Of a stretch of DNA of 64,000 bases, positions 28,661 to 38,961 are shown piece by piece. Made by a program: the position numbers and the translations under genes. Each line of letters opens with the position of its first letter. The stretch's first letter is position 1. The DNA comes from Candidatus Thalassarchaeaceae archaeon (GTDB lineage: Archaea > Thermoplasmatota > Poseidoniia > Poseidoniales > Thalassarchaeaceae): assembly GCA_045568115.1 (NCBI GenBank), contig JBJLBO010000004.1, positions 66,809 to 130,808 on the forward strand, in the 5' to 3' direction. The notes beneath the pieces are model-generated. The model saw only the letters and a list, made by a program, of their open reading frames with translations, was not told the origin of the DNA and made no database searches.

Positions 28661-29425
28661 TTATGGATTTTGATTCTCGGATTTGCTTCCAGATAATGGG
28701 GCAATGATTTCAGAGGGAGAGATTCGATGTGCTCCGAATTTGTTTATGGACTCATCACTAGGATATCCTAATGAAATTCCACAAAGTAATGAATATTGAT
28801 TACTAATTTCAAATTCTTCACGTACCGCGTCTTCCCATATCGCGACAGCACCTTGAGGACATGTTCCAAGCCCCTTTGAATGAGCCGATAAAATGAGATT
28901 CTGCATAAAGAGTCCTGCATCAGAAGCAGCAAATTTTTTCAGTGTTTTATGAGTGAACACAAATAGCTCGACTGGGGCTCCAAAAAATTCGTAATTTCTT
29001 GCCCAAAATGCATCACGTCGCGTTTTATCATCCCTACTTACGCCTATTGAACTCATGAGATCCTTGCCAAGTCTCTTAGACCTAGGAGTTAGGTCGGAGT
29101 GATACGGTTTTACTACAAGCCAGTTACTGGTCGGATGGCCGTAACGACGAAAAAATGCTTTGATCTTTCCACGGATTCCTGCACCTTGAAAATCCTTCAC
29201 AGCGTCCCATCGTCTTAGAAACTCCTCAGAGATTCGATTTCTCACATCTCCTGTTGCCACTGCTACTAGAAACGGCCTAGTATTGCTCCAACTAGGTGCA
29301 GTAAGGCCGTCGGCGATTATTTCATGGATAATTTCCTCTGATACAGGAGTTGGTAAGAAATCACGAGTTGAACGACGAGATGCTAAAAATGCACTAAAAT
29401 CATCAGAATCTGGATGAACAGCCAT
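28661..29425 (-). CDS. nitroreductase family protein
   Basis: RRSTRDF, APSWSNTRP, FFGAPV, DAGLFMQNLILSA, GLGTCPQ, LGYP. Confidence 0.92.
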   Translation of the reverse strand: MAVHPDSDDFSAFLASRRSTRDFLPTPVSEEIIHEIIADGLTAPSWSNTRPFLVAVATGDVRNRISEEFLRRWDAVKDFQGAGIRGKIKAFFRRYGHPTSNWLVVKPYHSDLTPRSKRLGKDLMSSIGVSRDDKTRRDAFWARNYEFFGAPVELFVFTHKTLKKFAASDAGLFMQNLILSAHSKGLGTCPQGAVAIWEDAVREEFEISNQYSLLCGISLGYPSDESINKFGAHRISPSEIIAPLSGSKSENQNP

Positions 29426-29532
29426 TGTATCATGTTTAGGAATTCAGTTGAGTTCTTGAAGCGTTCTCCTTGTTATTCAGGAATGAAAGAGTCCACCAAA
29501 TCATTTATCCCTCAAACATAAGTGAGAAGTCT

Positions 29533-29733
29533 ATGGCTAATATTATGGAAAACACTCCATTCTTGTTCTTCGTAGCTATTATGCAGCCATTACTTTTTTT
29601 CATTTCATTGGAGTATTTTGGTCTAAATGGAACAGCATTCATCACTGCAATTCTGATTATAATTCTGATTTTGTACTTCATCTGGATGTGGTATTCTGGC
29701 AAGATTCCCTTTGCAAGCAACGAAGAAGAATGA
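29533..29733 (+). CDS. small two-TM hypothetical protein
   Basis: MANIMENTPFLFF...; two hydrophobic helices; start uncertain. Confidence 0.55.
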   Translation: MANIMENTPFLFFVAIMQPLLFFISLEYFGLNGTAFITAILIIILILYFIWMWYSGKIPFASNEEE

Positions 29734-29753
29734 AACATGACCTCTCATACTCT

Positions 29754-30518
29754 CTATGATTCAGGATTTTCTTCCTCAAAGGCATCAGCAGCAGCAGTTA
29801 TGACCCCGAGGAGTCTGTGAATTTCATCGTCTTTGGGAAGTCCTCTCATTACTACTCGAATGAGGGTTTCTTCAATTCCTTCTCTTCTGTGCTCTTTAGT
29901 AGGCATCGCAGCAACAAGTCTAGATGTTTCAAGGCGGAGTCTTTTTCTTAGATCTGGGGCAAGGAGTCTTTCTTCACTACCAGATGGAGATTTTGTGGTG
30001 GAATTCACAAACCATGAATAACAAATTATAGCTACTGCATGACTTAAGTTGAGGATAGGGTATCCCTCCCAAGTGGGGATAGTAACTAACAAATCGCACA
30101 ATCTTAACTGTTCATTCAGTAAGCCCTTTCCTTCAGGTCCGAAAACCAAAGCAACTTTACCATCTACATCTGTAAGTCGGTTAGGTAATTCATCGGGAAG
30201 TAAGAAGTGCCTCATTACTGTCTTATCACCGTCTTCTCTCTTACCTGATGTCCCTATGACTACAGAACAATCAGATACTGCTTCTTCCAAACTATCACTG
30301 ACTTGGGCATTATCAAGAACTACCTGTGCATTCTTTGCTCTTTTCCTTGTTTCTTCGGACCAAACGCCGTTTCTTCCAACTACTCTCAAGTCAGTAATGC
30401 CGAAATTCATAATTGAGCGCGCCACAGCTCCAATGTTACCATCATGCATTGGTTCAACGAGGACTATACAAACACGTGATTGATGTTCGGGAAGAGAAAT
30501 CTCTGCACGTCCACCCAT
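29754..30518 (-). CDS. trmJ: TrmJ-family SPOUT tRNA 2'-O-methyltransferase
   Basis: LVEP..DGNIGAVARSIMNFG, VFGPEGKGL, YPILNLSHAV. Confidence 0.9.
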   Translation of the reverse strand: MGGRAEISLPEHQSRVCIVLVEPMHDGNIGAVARSIMNFGITDLRVVGRNGVWSEETRKRAKNAQVVLDNAQVSDSLEEAVSDCSVVIGTSGKREDGDKTVMRHFLLPDELPNRLTDVDGKVALVFGPEGKGLLNEQLRLCDLLVTIPTWEGYPILNLSHAVAIICYSWFVNSTTKSPSGSEERLLAPDLRKRLRLETSRLVAAMPTKEHRREGIEETLIRVVMRGLPKDDEIHRLLGVITAAADAFEEENPES

Positions 30519-30565
30519 TCGAACCACACCCGTGGAATAGGAATGTACTGATTAGGTAAGCGGAA

Positions 30566-30766
30566 TTAATCAGTACGACGTTGGATATAACGAGTGACGT
30601 AACCAGCAATCCAGTTGCGCATCCTCTTAGTTCCAATAGTATCAGAATCTGTGTATTCGGACACAAGATGCTTATTTGTTTCGAAATCTGCTGTAAACTT
30701 ATCTGGATAAATTTCCAGTAATCGAAGAGCTCTGGTTTTGATAAAAGACGGTCTAATATTTCCCAT
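30566..30766 (-). CDS. rps17e: 30S ribosomal protein S17e
   Basis: [10 protein letters not shown]...FETNK...[10 protein letters not shown]. Confidence 0.95.
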   Translation of the reverse strand: MGNIRPSFIKTRALRLLEIYPDKFTADFETNKHLVSEYTDSDTIGTKRMRNWIAGYVTRYIQRRTD

Positions 30767-30768
30767 AA

Positions 30769-31032
30769 TCAATCCTCCGCAAGTTTCACTTCAAGAGGAA
30801 ATCCCTCTTCACGAGTACAAACAATTCGGATTTTACGAGGAGGTTTCTGCATACCTCGCGCCCAAATTACTTCGTTAACAGCTTGATCTATCCAAATTTC
30901 TTCATCCTCTTGGATTTTCATATGCTGAGATACATGCTTCTTGATTTCTACCATAGCGCGATTGGCTCTCTTAGTTCGAGGGACATTCCAAGCCGCTCGT
31001 AGAGGTACAGTCATTTCCTTAACTTCAGTCAC
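30769..31032 (-). CDS. rpl31e: 50S ribosomal protein L31e
   Basis: [33 protein letters not shown] start after AGGTGA RBS. Confidence 0.95.
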   Translation of the reverse strand: MTEVKEMTVPLRAAWNVPRTKRANRAMVEIKKHVSQHMKIQEDEEIWIDQAVNEVIWARGMQKPPRKIRIVCTREEGFPLEVKLAED

Positions 31033-31037
31033 TTGAA

Positions 31038-31193
31038 TCACCTTTGTAGTTTTGAGCGTCTCCAATGATGGCGCTTTGGATGAGATACAGTATTACGGTT
31101 AGTACGGAGCATAACCCAAACTGGAACTCTTCGGTTCTGTTTAGTCACCTTAAGGAGACGCTGTTTCTTAGCAAATGGTTTGTGTCTTGCCAT
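31038..31193 (-). CDS. rpl39e: 50S ribosomal protein L39e (not in ORF track)
   Basis: [51 protein letters not shown]; canonical position between S19e and L31e. Confidence 0.96.
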   Translation of the reverse strand: MARHKPFAKKQRLLKVTKQNRRVPVWVMLRTNRNTVSHPKRHHWRRSKLQR

Positions 31194-31202
31194 TTTTTCA
31201 CC

Positions 31203-31670
31203 TCAGTAACGAGCCAGCCCCGGGTACTTTTCTTCAGCAGCACCACGGACTGAGTGAGCGACGTCGTCTAGTAACGATTGACCCGCTGGAGTGATTACTT
31301 TACCGAGATTAACTTCACGGATATTAGTTGAATTAACAATTAAGCCGGCAGCAGTCAATTGCTGAAGAACGGTTCTTGCAATCTTGCGAGAGCCTGCTAC
31401 TGCTCTATTAGGCTTCACACCACGATCCTTGGGGCCGCCGAAATGCTGAGCCATGTGGTTCGCACCGATAGGTCCCTTCAGGGCTACTTTTCTTAGTACT
31501 GCAGCTGAGCGAATAAACCACCAATTTTCTTGATCGGGCGTCCTCTCTCGATGTGTTCCAGTTTTTACAAACTCGGCCCAATCTGGAGCGTTGATTGCAT
31601 CATTACCCTCAAGTCTCTGGGAGAGTTCTTCGATCAATAGATCGGCTGGGACATCATGGTATGTGGTCAT
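31203..31670 (-). CDS. rps19e: 30S ribosomal protein S19e
   Basis: MTTYHDVPAD, PDWAEFVKTG, WWFIRSAAVLRK, TPAGQSLLD. Confidence 0.96.
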   Translation of the reverse strand: MTTYHDVPADLLIEELSQRLEGNDAINAPDWAEFVKTGTHRERTPDQENWWFIRSAAVLRKVALKGPIGANHMAQHFGGPKDRGVKPNRAVAGSRKIARTVLQQLTAAGLIVNSTNIREVNLGKVITPAGQSLLDDVAHSVRGAAEEKYPGLARY

Positions 31671-31807
31671 ATAGTCACCTTGTAGCGACCGGCCGACCTT
31701 GAGGCTGTATTTAACCGTGATGACATAGTATGGAAAACAAGACCCTAGGAGTGTTACTCTTAGAGCCCCCACATAGAGTTCAAACCATCTAGGCCGGTCG
31801 ACACTTC

Positions 31808-32608
31808 ATGAAGAAGTCGCTATCGCGAAATCCGAACATGCTTCGAACCATGATCGGGTTAGGAGTTGTTTTAATTCTCGTGTTGGCATTTGCAGTACAC
31901 AAGAATACAATGAATTCTGAATACTACAGATATGATACTTCAAATTCGGCAAATACATTGAGTTTAGAACAAACAGAAGAAAACCTATCAACATGGATAG
32001 TAACTACTAATTCGGCTATAACTTGGATAAACATCACAGTGGGGAATGCTCCAATAGATTCAGAAATTGTAGTGACATCATCCAGTACTGTTTGGTATTA
32101 CTCGGAATTTTTAGGCTTTGTAGGTAATGAGATGTTTAACTGTAAAGAGTTTGATTCGGTTTCGGAGTCATGCTCTGAAGCATACTCGCACAAACAGATT
32201 ATTGATTCGGAAGAAAAGGTCATGCGAGGTCGGTTATCGTTGGACCTTCCAATAGAAGGAATCGGCTATGTCAACGCAGACAACCCCGAGACTGCTGAAG
32301 AAGAAACGCGAAACCTAATCTCTTCGGAAACAGTTTTGACAACATGGACAATTTCAATAACTGATGAAAATGAAGAAGTGATTTCTTCCGAAGGAATTGA
32401 CATTTCCATGATTGTTGTAGAACATGAGTTCGTCTCAGTAGAAGAATTCAAATTAGATCCTGTTCAAGAAACACTGTACAGTTTAGCCACATTGATTGGT
32501 TGCTTTGGCTTATTGATTCTATTGCCTATGATTGCTTATTTTGCGGGTGTGTGGAAAGAGAGGCTTGAAGAAGAAAAAAGAGAAGAAGAACCAGCTCCTA
32601 AAGAATAA
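31808..32608 (+). CDS. hypothetical protein with N- and C-terminal TM helices flanking an acidic extracellular domain
   Basis: 266-aa ORF; hydropathy pattern. Confidence 0.7.
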   Translation: MKKSLSRNPNMLRTMIGLGVVLILVLAFAVHKNTMNSEYYRYDTSNSANTLSLEQTEENLSTWIVTTNSAITWINITVGNAPIDSEIVVTSSSTVWYYSEFLGFVGNEMFNCKEFDSVSESCSEAYSHKQIIDSEEKVMRGRLSLDLPIEGIGYVNADNPETAEEETRNLISSETVLTTWTISITDENEEVISSEGIDISMIVVEHEFVSVEEFKLDPVQETLYSLATLIGCFGLLILLPMIAYFAGVWKERLEEEKREEEPAPKE

Positions 32609-32662
32609 TTCAATAATCACAGTCTAAGAAATCTTATCCACAAAATCTCACGCGACCTAAAC

Positions 32663-34141
32663 ATGGATGGGGGATTGCCGAGTATTTCCGAGGCTAATGA
32701 ATTAGTTCGAGGCAATAAATTTCATCAAGCAAAAGAGGCATTTGATCTAATCCTTGAGAGAGAACCAGAGAATTTTGCTGCATGGTATGGATTAGGAGTT
32801 ACTGCTAACTTATTGAACGAAAATAGTGCATCGATTTTTGCTTTTGAGAAAGTATTAGAGTTTAATCAATATCATGCTCCAAGCGCTGCAAACTTGGCAT
32901 TTTTATATTCAGAAATTAACCTAGAAAGGTCAAAGGAATTTGCTAAAATCGCTTTAGAACTTGGATTAGATAGTAATGAACTAAGAGAACTGGAGAGTAA
33001 AGAGTTAGAACCTGAATTGCCATTAATTTCAGCCGTATCTGTAGATGAAGGTGAAAATCTTCTTGATTCGATTGCGGTTCTAATTGAAAACAATGAATTC
33101 GAGGAGGCTTTGGAAATTATTACACCTATTCTTGAATCCGGTGAACAACATTCAGCTGAATTATGGGCTACCTGTTCTCTTTGCTTAGTGAGACTAGGAC
33201 TCTTTTCGGACGCATTGGATTCTGTAAACTATGCGCTATCAATTGATTCAACCAATAATCTAGCTATAGAGTTACAAAAAGAAATTCTAACAAATATTAA
33301 TACAGAAGAAAATGATGAAGGAGAATTTCTCTCTGAAGATGATTTTGAGAAAATAAATGAAGATTCGGGTGAAGAGGAGATATTAGAGGAAAATGATGAT
33401 AGTGAAACTATTGCTCTAGAGGATTCCTATGTCGTATTAGTGAAAAATGCACGTGATTATTCAGAAAATGGAAATCACGCCTCTTCAGTACAGGCCTGGA
33501 AGACAATCATCCAACAATTCGGTTCAAAGAGTGAATCATGGCATGGTATGGCCGATGCTCTAGAAGCTGCTGGTCATTTTGAAAAGGCAAAACAGTGTAG
33601 AAATAAGGGCAATGAAATTAATTCAGAAATGGATGATAGTAATCAAGACACGAATTCTGAAGTGGACTTGATTGCTGCGGCAAAAGATGCAGAAGAAATG
33701 ATGGTGGAAGAGCCTAAACCCGATACAGATATCAATATCTCAATTGAATGGTACAATAAAGGATTAGTGTTGTTAGGAGAAAATAAGAATTCGGAATCTC
33801 TAAACTGCTTTGATAAATCAATCTCATTGACACCGAGAACAGAAATAGAGCTTAGAGTGAAGTTATACAATGGAAGAGGGCATGCTCTTCATCAACTCGG
33901 AGAATATGCAGAGAGCATTCAATCATACCACCAAGCTATTTCATTAGCGCCAAAAATAGTTGGTGGAAGAACTCTGTATAATATGGGATCCTCATATGCC
34001 GCATTGGAACATTTTCATGATGCACTTAGATGTTTTGAACAAGCACTAGAAAGAGACTTGGAATCTGAAGATGTGCGATTATGTAAAAATCAAATTAACA
34101 GATGCAAACTATTACTCAAAGAAATTCAAAAGAACTCTTAA
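32663..34141 (+). CDS. tetratricopeptide repeat protein
   Basis: Several TPR-like units (AWYGLG, WYNKG, LYNGRGHAL, LYNMGSSY) separated by acidic linkers. Confidence 0.85.
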   Translation: MDGGLPSISEANELVRGNKFHQAKEAFDLILEREPENFAAWYGLGVTANLLNENSASIFAFEKVLEFNQYHAPSAANLAFLYSEINLERSKEFAKIALELGLDSNELRELESKELEPELPLISAVSVDEGENLLDSIAVLIENNEFEEALEIITPILESGEQHSAELWATCSLCLVRLGLFSDALDSVNYALSIDSTNNLAIELQKEILTNINTEENDEGEFLSEDDFEKINEDSGEEEILEENDDSETIALEDSYVVLVKNARDYSENGNHASSVQAWKTIIQQFGSKSESWHGMADALEAAGHFEKAKQCRNKGNEINSEMDDSNQDTNSEVDLIAAAKDAEEMMVEEPKPDTDINISIEWYNKGLVLLGENKNSESLNCFDKSISLTPRTEIELRVKLYNGRGHALHQLGEYAESIQSYHQAISLAPKIVGGRTLYNMGSSYAALEHFHDALRCFEQALERDLESEDVRLCKNQINRCKLLLKEIQKNS

Positions 34142-34342
34142 TTTAAATTTGTTTATTTACCATCGGTTCAAGAAATAAAGTTCTAGCTACATGAAATGAG
34201 AATTTAGATGATTTTCAGAAGAAAAATCTTTGACTATCAACAAATTATGATACGAAAGCGATTTCTGAACACGAATTTATCTAGATAGGTATGAGTTATG
34301 TCAATGGGAATCGATTAGAACTCATACTTACTCGTGAGGCCA

Positions 34343-36637
34343 ATGGCAAGAGAGGTCAGAGCCCAACCTCCAATCGAAGAGGAGAACCTCAAGACTGGCC
34401 CGCCGAAGAAGGTAGCGGCCGGAATTTTAGGCGTCCAAAAGTCATTTTCAATAGGTTTGGAAGAAGCTGGCCTCAAGGATACGATAAAGACAATGAGGGC
34501 TGTAAATAGATTTGATGGATTTGATTGTCCGGGTTGTGCTTGGCCTGATCCAGACAATCATAGAAGCGGATTTGAATTCTGTGAAAACGGTGCTAAGGCA
34601 TTTGCCACAGAAGCCACTAAAAAGAGGGCTTCACCAGAACTAATAAGCAAATATTCTATTAAAGAACTATCAGAAATGAGTGATATGAAATTGGATAAAC
34701 TCGGCAGAATAACTCATCCAATGGTATTGAGAGAGAATTCAAATAAATATGAGGTGATTGAGTGGGAAGATGCATTCTCAATGATTTCTGATAAAGTTGG
34801 AAAACTATCTAACCCCAACGAGGCTGTCCTCTACACGAGTGGAAGAACATCCAACGAGGCGGCCTTCTTATGGGGCACCTTAGCTCGTCAAATAGGTACA
34901 AATAACCTCCCCGACTGTAGTAATATGTGTCATGAATCTAGTGGATATGCATTAGGTAAATCCATAGGAATAGGCAAGGGAACTGTCAAACTATCTTGTT
35001 TTGAGGAGGCTGATTTGATATTAGTAATTGGACAGAACCCCGGTACTAATCACCCTCGGATGCTAACTGCTCTCACAAGCTGTAAGGCCAACGGAGGATC
35101 AGTGGTAAGCATCAATCCCTTGGAGGAGACTGGGATGCGACGTTTTAAACACCCACAAAAGGTAATGCAAATGCTTGGAAGAGGCGCTCAGATAGCAGAT
35201 GAGCATCTACCTGTGAAAATCGGAGGAGATGCAGCATTATTGCAGGGATTCGCAAAAGTAATACTGGAATCAGACGGGGTTGATAAGGAATTTATTGATG
35301 AGCAGACAATTGGTTTCAATGACTGGGAGTCGCATATCAAGTCTGCTGATTGGAAAGAAATTGTTCTACAGTCGGGAATTAGTAGGAATAAGATTGAGAA
35401 GGTTGGTAAAGCCATATCTAAATCAAAAAAGATGATTGTATGTTGGGCTATGGGACTTACTCAACATGAGAATAGCGTCGATATCATCCAAGAGATAGCT
35501 AACTTATTGCTAACCGGAGGGCACTTCGGTAAACCGGGCGCCGGAGTCTGTCCAGTAAGAGGACACTCAAATGTTCAGGGCGATAGAACAGTAGGAATTA
35601 ACCACCATCCTAGTGAAGAATTCTTATTGTCGTGTGAAGAGAAAACTGGAATTGAAATGCCCAGAGATAGGGGGTATGATGCTGTCGAATTTATCCATGC
35701 AGCACTCGATGATAAGGTACGGTTGTATATGGCAATGGGGGGTAACTTGGTCTCGGCTATGTCAGACACAGAGAGAGTCGCAGATGCTATCATGAATATC
35801 GATCTCACCGTCCAAATATCTACCAAAATTAACCGCTCTCACTTAGTAACTGGAAAGACTGCACTGATACTACCTTGTATTGGAAGAACTGAAAAAGACC
35901 CAGCAGGGTTTGTTACAGTTGAGAACTCAATGGGGGTTGTCCATTCCAGCACAGGAACTATGAATCCTGCTTCCGAACATCTTTTGTCTGAGCCAGAAAT
36001 AGTGTGTCGGATAGGTAAATCCTGTTTTCCAAAGGAATCATTCAACTGGCAGACATTCACGAGTCACGATGAAACTAGAGATTTAATTTCAAGATGTATT
36101 CCAGGTTTCGAAGATTATAATTCAAGAGTGAGGGAAAAAGGTGGTTTCTACCTACCCAATGGACCAAGGGATGGACCTGTATGGGACACTCCCTCTGGAA
36201 AGGCCCACTTCTTCTGTAATAACCTACCAAACCGTCAATTACGTGAAGGCAGTTTTGTTCTGATGACTGTAAGAAGCCACGATCAGTATAACACCACGAT
36301 CTATGGGATGGATGATAGATATAGAGGAATTTACAACTCACGTAGGATAGTGATGATGAATCCAGATGATATGACTGAACTCAATCTCACCAAAGGACAA
36401 GAGGTTGATATCACTAGCCATTGGGGAGATAGGAAAATACACTCAGAAAGATGGAAAGTAATTCCTTATGATATTCCTAAGGGAAATCTATGCTCATACT
36501 TCCCTGAAGCGAATGTACTAGTCCCACTAGAGAGTACCGCACAGGGTAGTAACACACCCACTTCAAAGTGGATAGAAGTCACCATATCAACTAGGGGTGC
36601 GAGAATTTGGAAATCTTCTTCTTCAAGTTTTATCTAA
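34343..36637 (+). CDS. FdhF/YdeP-family molybdopterin oxidoreductase
   Basis: GFDCPGCAWPD, EFCENGAK, YTSGRTSNEAA, NNLPDCSNMCHE, RGHSNVQGDR, RSHDQYNTTIYG. Confidence 0.93.
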   Translation: MAREVRAQPPIEEENLKTGPPKKVAAGILGVQKSFSIGLEEAGLKDTIKTMRAVNRFDGFDCPGCAWPDPDNHRSGFEFCENGAKAFATEATKKRASPELISKYSIKELSEMSDMKLDKLGRITHPMVLRENSNKYEVIEWEDAFSMISDKVGKLSNPNEAVLYTSGRTSNEAAFLWGTLARQIGTNNLPDCSNMCHESSGYALGKSIGIGKGTVKLSCFEEADLILVIGQNPGTNHPRMLTALTSCKANGGSVVSINPLEETGMRRFKHPQKVMQMLGRGAQIADEHLPVKIGGDAALLQGFAKVILESDGVDKEFIDEQTIGFNDWESHIKSADWKEIVLQSGISRNKIEKVGKAISKSKKMIVCWAMGLTQHENSVDIIQEIANLLLTGGHFGKPGAGVCPVRGHSNVQGDRTVGINHHPSEEFLLSCEEKTGIEMPRDRGYDAVEFIHAALDDKVRLYMAMGGNLVSAMSDTERVADAIMNIDLTVQISTKINRSHLVTGKTALILPCIGRTEKDPAGFVTVENSMGVVHSSTGTMNPASEHLLSEPEIVCRIGKSCFPKESFNWQTFTSHDETRDLISRCIPGFEDYNSRVREKGGFYLPNGPRDGPVWDTPSGKAHFFCNNLPNRQLREGSFVLMTVRSHDQYNTTIYGMDDRYRGIYNSRRIVMMNPDDMTELNLTKGQEVDITSHWGDRKIHSERWKVIPYDIPKGNLCSYFPEANVLVPLESTAQGSNTPTSKWIEVTISTRGARIWKSSSSSFI

Positions 36638-36665
36638 CATCAAAACTAAGTTGTCATTCAAAAAC

Positions 36666-37427
36666 TCAATAATTCGATATACGGTGTGGTGCAGAATGAA
36701 TAAGCATTCTGTTATCACGAACGAAAGATAGCAATGTAAGATTATGTTCTATTGCCAAATCTACAGCCAAAGAACTAGCAGCACCAACAGAGGCCATTAT
36801 CGGGACACCTAATCTAATACATTTATGCACTAATTCAAAGGATGCTCGACCTGAAACGAAAATTAATGAAGGAGCTGGACCATTTGGTTGGCGAATATAT
36901 GAGCCCACAAGTTTGTCCAAGGCATTATGCCGACCAATGTCCTCTCTAAGTGAAATTAATTTACAATCCTCAGAGAAAAAAGCTGCGGCATGAGTCCCCC
37001 CTGTTAGTTCAAACATTCTTTGAGATGATTTCAAATCTTCTGCAGCATTAGATATTTTGATTCTACTGAGTGAAAAATCATCCCGCAATCTAGGGCCGTG
37101 AATATGCAAAAGATTGGATATGGATTCCTTACCACAAATACCACAAGCTGAAGTTTTTGTTGTCCTTCTGTTGTGTTCCTTTGGATTGAACTTACAAAAA
37201 TCAGCCAATATTACCTTTGCTTCATTCTCAACCAGAGAAACTGATTGGATTTCGGGCCCAGATTCAATAATACCTTCAGAATATAACATTCCGTATACTA
37301 AATCCTCATCATTCCCTGGTGTTCGCATAGTCAAACCCAAAGAATGATCTTTACCATTATGGATTAATTCAACAGAAAAGGCGCTTTCAATTGCTAAAGT
37401 ATCAATTTCTGATAATCTATTTTGCAA
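36666..37427 (-). CDS. fdhD: formate dehydrogenase accessory sulfurtransferase
   Basis: MRTPG, SACGICG, TGGTHAA, EDIGRHNALDK, SGRASFELV; start uncertain (ORF open to 37526). Confidence 0.92.
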   Translation of the reverse strand: MQNRLSEIDTLAIESAFSVELIHNGKDHSLGLTMRTPGNDEDLVYGMLYSEGIIESGPEIQSVSLVENEAKVILADFCKFNPKEHNRRTTKTSACGICGKESISNLLHIHGPRLRDDFSLSRIKISNAAEDLKSSQRMFELTGGTHAAAFFSEDCKLISLREDIGRHNALDKLVGSYIRQPNGPAPSLIFVSGRASFELVHKCIRLGVPIMASVGAASSLAVDLAIEHNLTLLSFVRDNRMLIHSAPHRISNY

Positions 37428-37555
37428 ATCAATGCGTAGCACCTGACTCTCGCGTACGCCTTTCACGACTTCGACAGTATGTTCATGTGTATTTGATTGA
37501 CGGATAGATGGTTTGACAGCAATCATTGATATATCACCTTGACTGGCCTATAGGT

Positions 37556-37942
37556 GTGGGTCTTCTCGACGGTCCGGGCTTCTCTCTGCCTATTGCGACT
37601 GCTGTAGAAGTAGTCGATGTCCAAATCGAAGTTTCGGATTCTGCTCGAAAGGCGGTTCTCGCCGCAATCGGCGAACAAAACGATACACACGTTCTCATCA
37701 TTAGTGCAAAGGCAGGAGGGTGCTCTGGCTACCTCTACGATATGGTAGTCGTCGAGAAGCCTGATAATGACGGATTTCAGACTATTGATATCGATGGAGT
37801 GACTGTGATGATTCACAATAAAGATAGCACACTTCTGAACGGACTCCGCTTAGATTTCCGTGACAGTCTGATGGGTGGAGGATTCCATATGGATAATCCC
37901 AATGCAGATCGAGCCTGCGGCTGCGGTCAGTCATTCGGCTGA
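37556..37942 (+). CDS. HesB/IscA A-type Fe-S carrier
   Basis: GGCSG, NPNA..ACGCGQSF. Confidence 0.92.
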   Translation: MGLLDGPGFSLPIATAVEVVDVQIEVSDSARKAVLAAIGEQNDTHVLIISAKAGGCSGYLYDMVVVEKPDNDGFQTIDIDGVTVMIHNKDSTLLNGLRLDFRDSLMGGGFHMDNPNADRACGCGQSFG

Positions 37943-37951
37943 GTTGGTCGC

Positions 37952-38869
37952 TTGACATTTGACGATAATCTTCACCCTCTTGCAGAGTATATCGAGATTC
38001 CCAGTGGAGTTACACTTCTATCAGGCAAAAATTGTCACGATCATCTGAATAGAGTCTCGTCAATTGACATATCATCCAAATTTTTGAAAAGAGAAGAGTC
38101 CATTCTTTGTGATCTTCATGGACGGATTGTTGGACACATACTCCATGCAGACCTTGAGGATCAAATTCTACTTGTACACAACCCTGAAAATGCCAAAGAA
38201 ATTCGCAATATTCTCTCTACTGGAGTTCCATGGAATGAGGACGTGAAAGTCAGCACTGGCGATGGTGCTGTTCATCGATTAATCGTAGTGGGAAAGAATC
38301 CTGGAAGGGTGCTTATTGGCCTCGGAATCGAAGCTAATGATCTTGAACAGGACAACTGGACTGAATTTTTCGATTCCATGATATGTTTGTTAGCGCAAAC
38401 CGATGAATATACAGCGTTTGAGATGCTAATTCCGACTCGGCTCTTGCAGTCGGTCAAAGAAGGATTCGAGACTAACGGAGGAAATCAGGGTGAAGCAGAC
38501 AGTTGGTTAGCTTTACAGAGTTTAACTGGAAATATCGACATCTCAATAGAATCCTCTAAACACATTCCATTTGAACTCGGATTGGCAAATCTTATCGATC
38601 TGAAGAAAGGGTGTTACCCTGGCCAGGAAATACATGCACGGATGGAGTCAAGAGGCATACAGGCAAGGATCAGAAGATGTCTCAGCTCAGACAAACAAAT
38701 CCCACAAGGTAAGGCCAGATTTTCTGAAGAGAAGAGGATAGAAATTCTTTGTAGTCACCGATTAGGAGATATATGGATTTCCTATTGTTTAATCTCGACC
38801 AAACTAGATGTAAATGGAGAAATCTCAATCGAAGCCAGTGATAGCACGATTACTGCGACTTTCGTATGA
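37952..38869 (+). CDS. ygfZ: YgfZ/Iba57-like folate-binding Fe-S maturation protein
   Basis: Signature KGCYPGQE; directly after IscA. Confidence 0.85.
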   Translation: MTFDDNLHPLAEYIEIPSGVTLLSGKNCHDHLNRVSSIDISSKFLKREESILCDLHGRIVGHILHADLEDQILLVHNPENAKEIRNILSTGVPWNEDVKVSTGDGAVHRLIVVGKNPGRVLIGLGIEANDLEQDNWTEFFDSMICLLAQTDEYTAFEMLIPTRLLQSVKEGFETNGGNQGEADSWLALQSLTGNIDISIESSKHIPFELGLANLIDLKKGCYPGQEIHARMESRGIQARIRRCLSSDKQIPQGKARFSEEKRIEILCSHRLGDIWISYCLISTKLDVNGEISIEASDSTITATFV

Positions 38870-38961
38870 GTTCTTCCAAATCGAATAACTCAATCCCCTA
38901 ACCTCGATTTACCCCCCCACGTAAAGTCATATGACTGTGGACAATCATTTAGATAATCGGA

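Noticed and set aside
31065..31253. 62-aa plus-strand ORF
   Set aside because: It is antisense to rpl39e, which is the real gene here
31686..31800. 9-bp inverted repeat CGACCGGCC / GGCCGGTCG flanking the rps19e divergent intergenic region
   Set aside because: It is short, has no target-site duplication or transposase, and falls in the GC-rich spacer between promoter and start of each gene; chance or promoter composition
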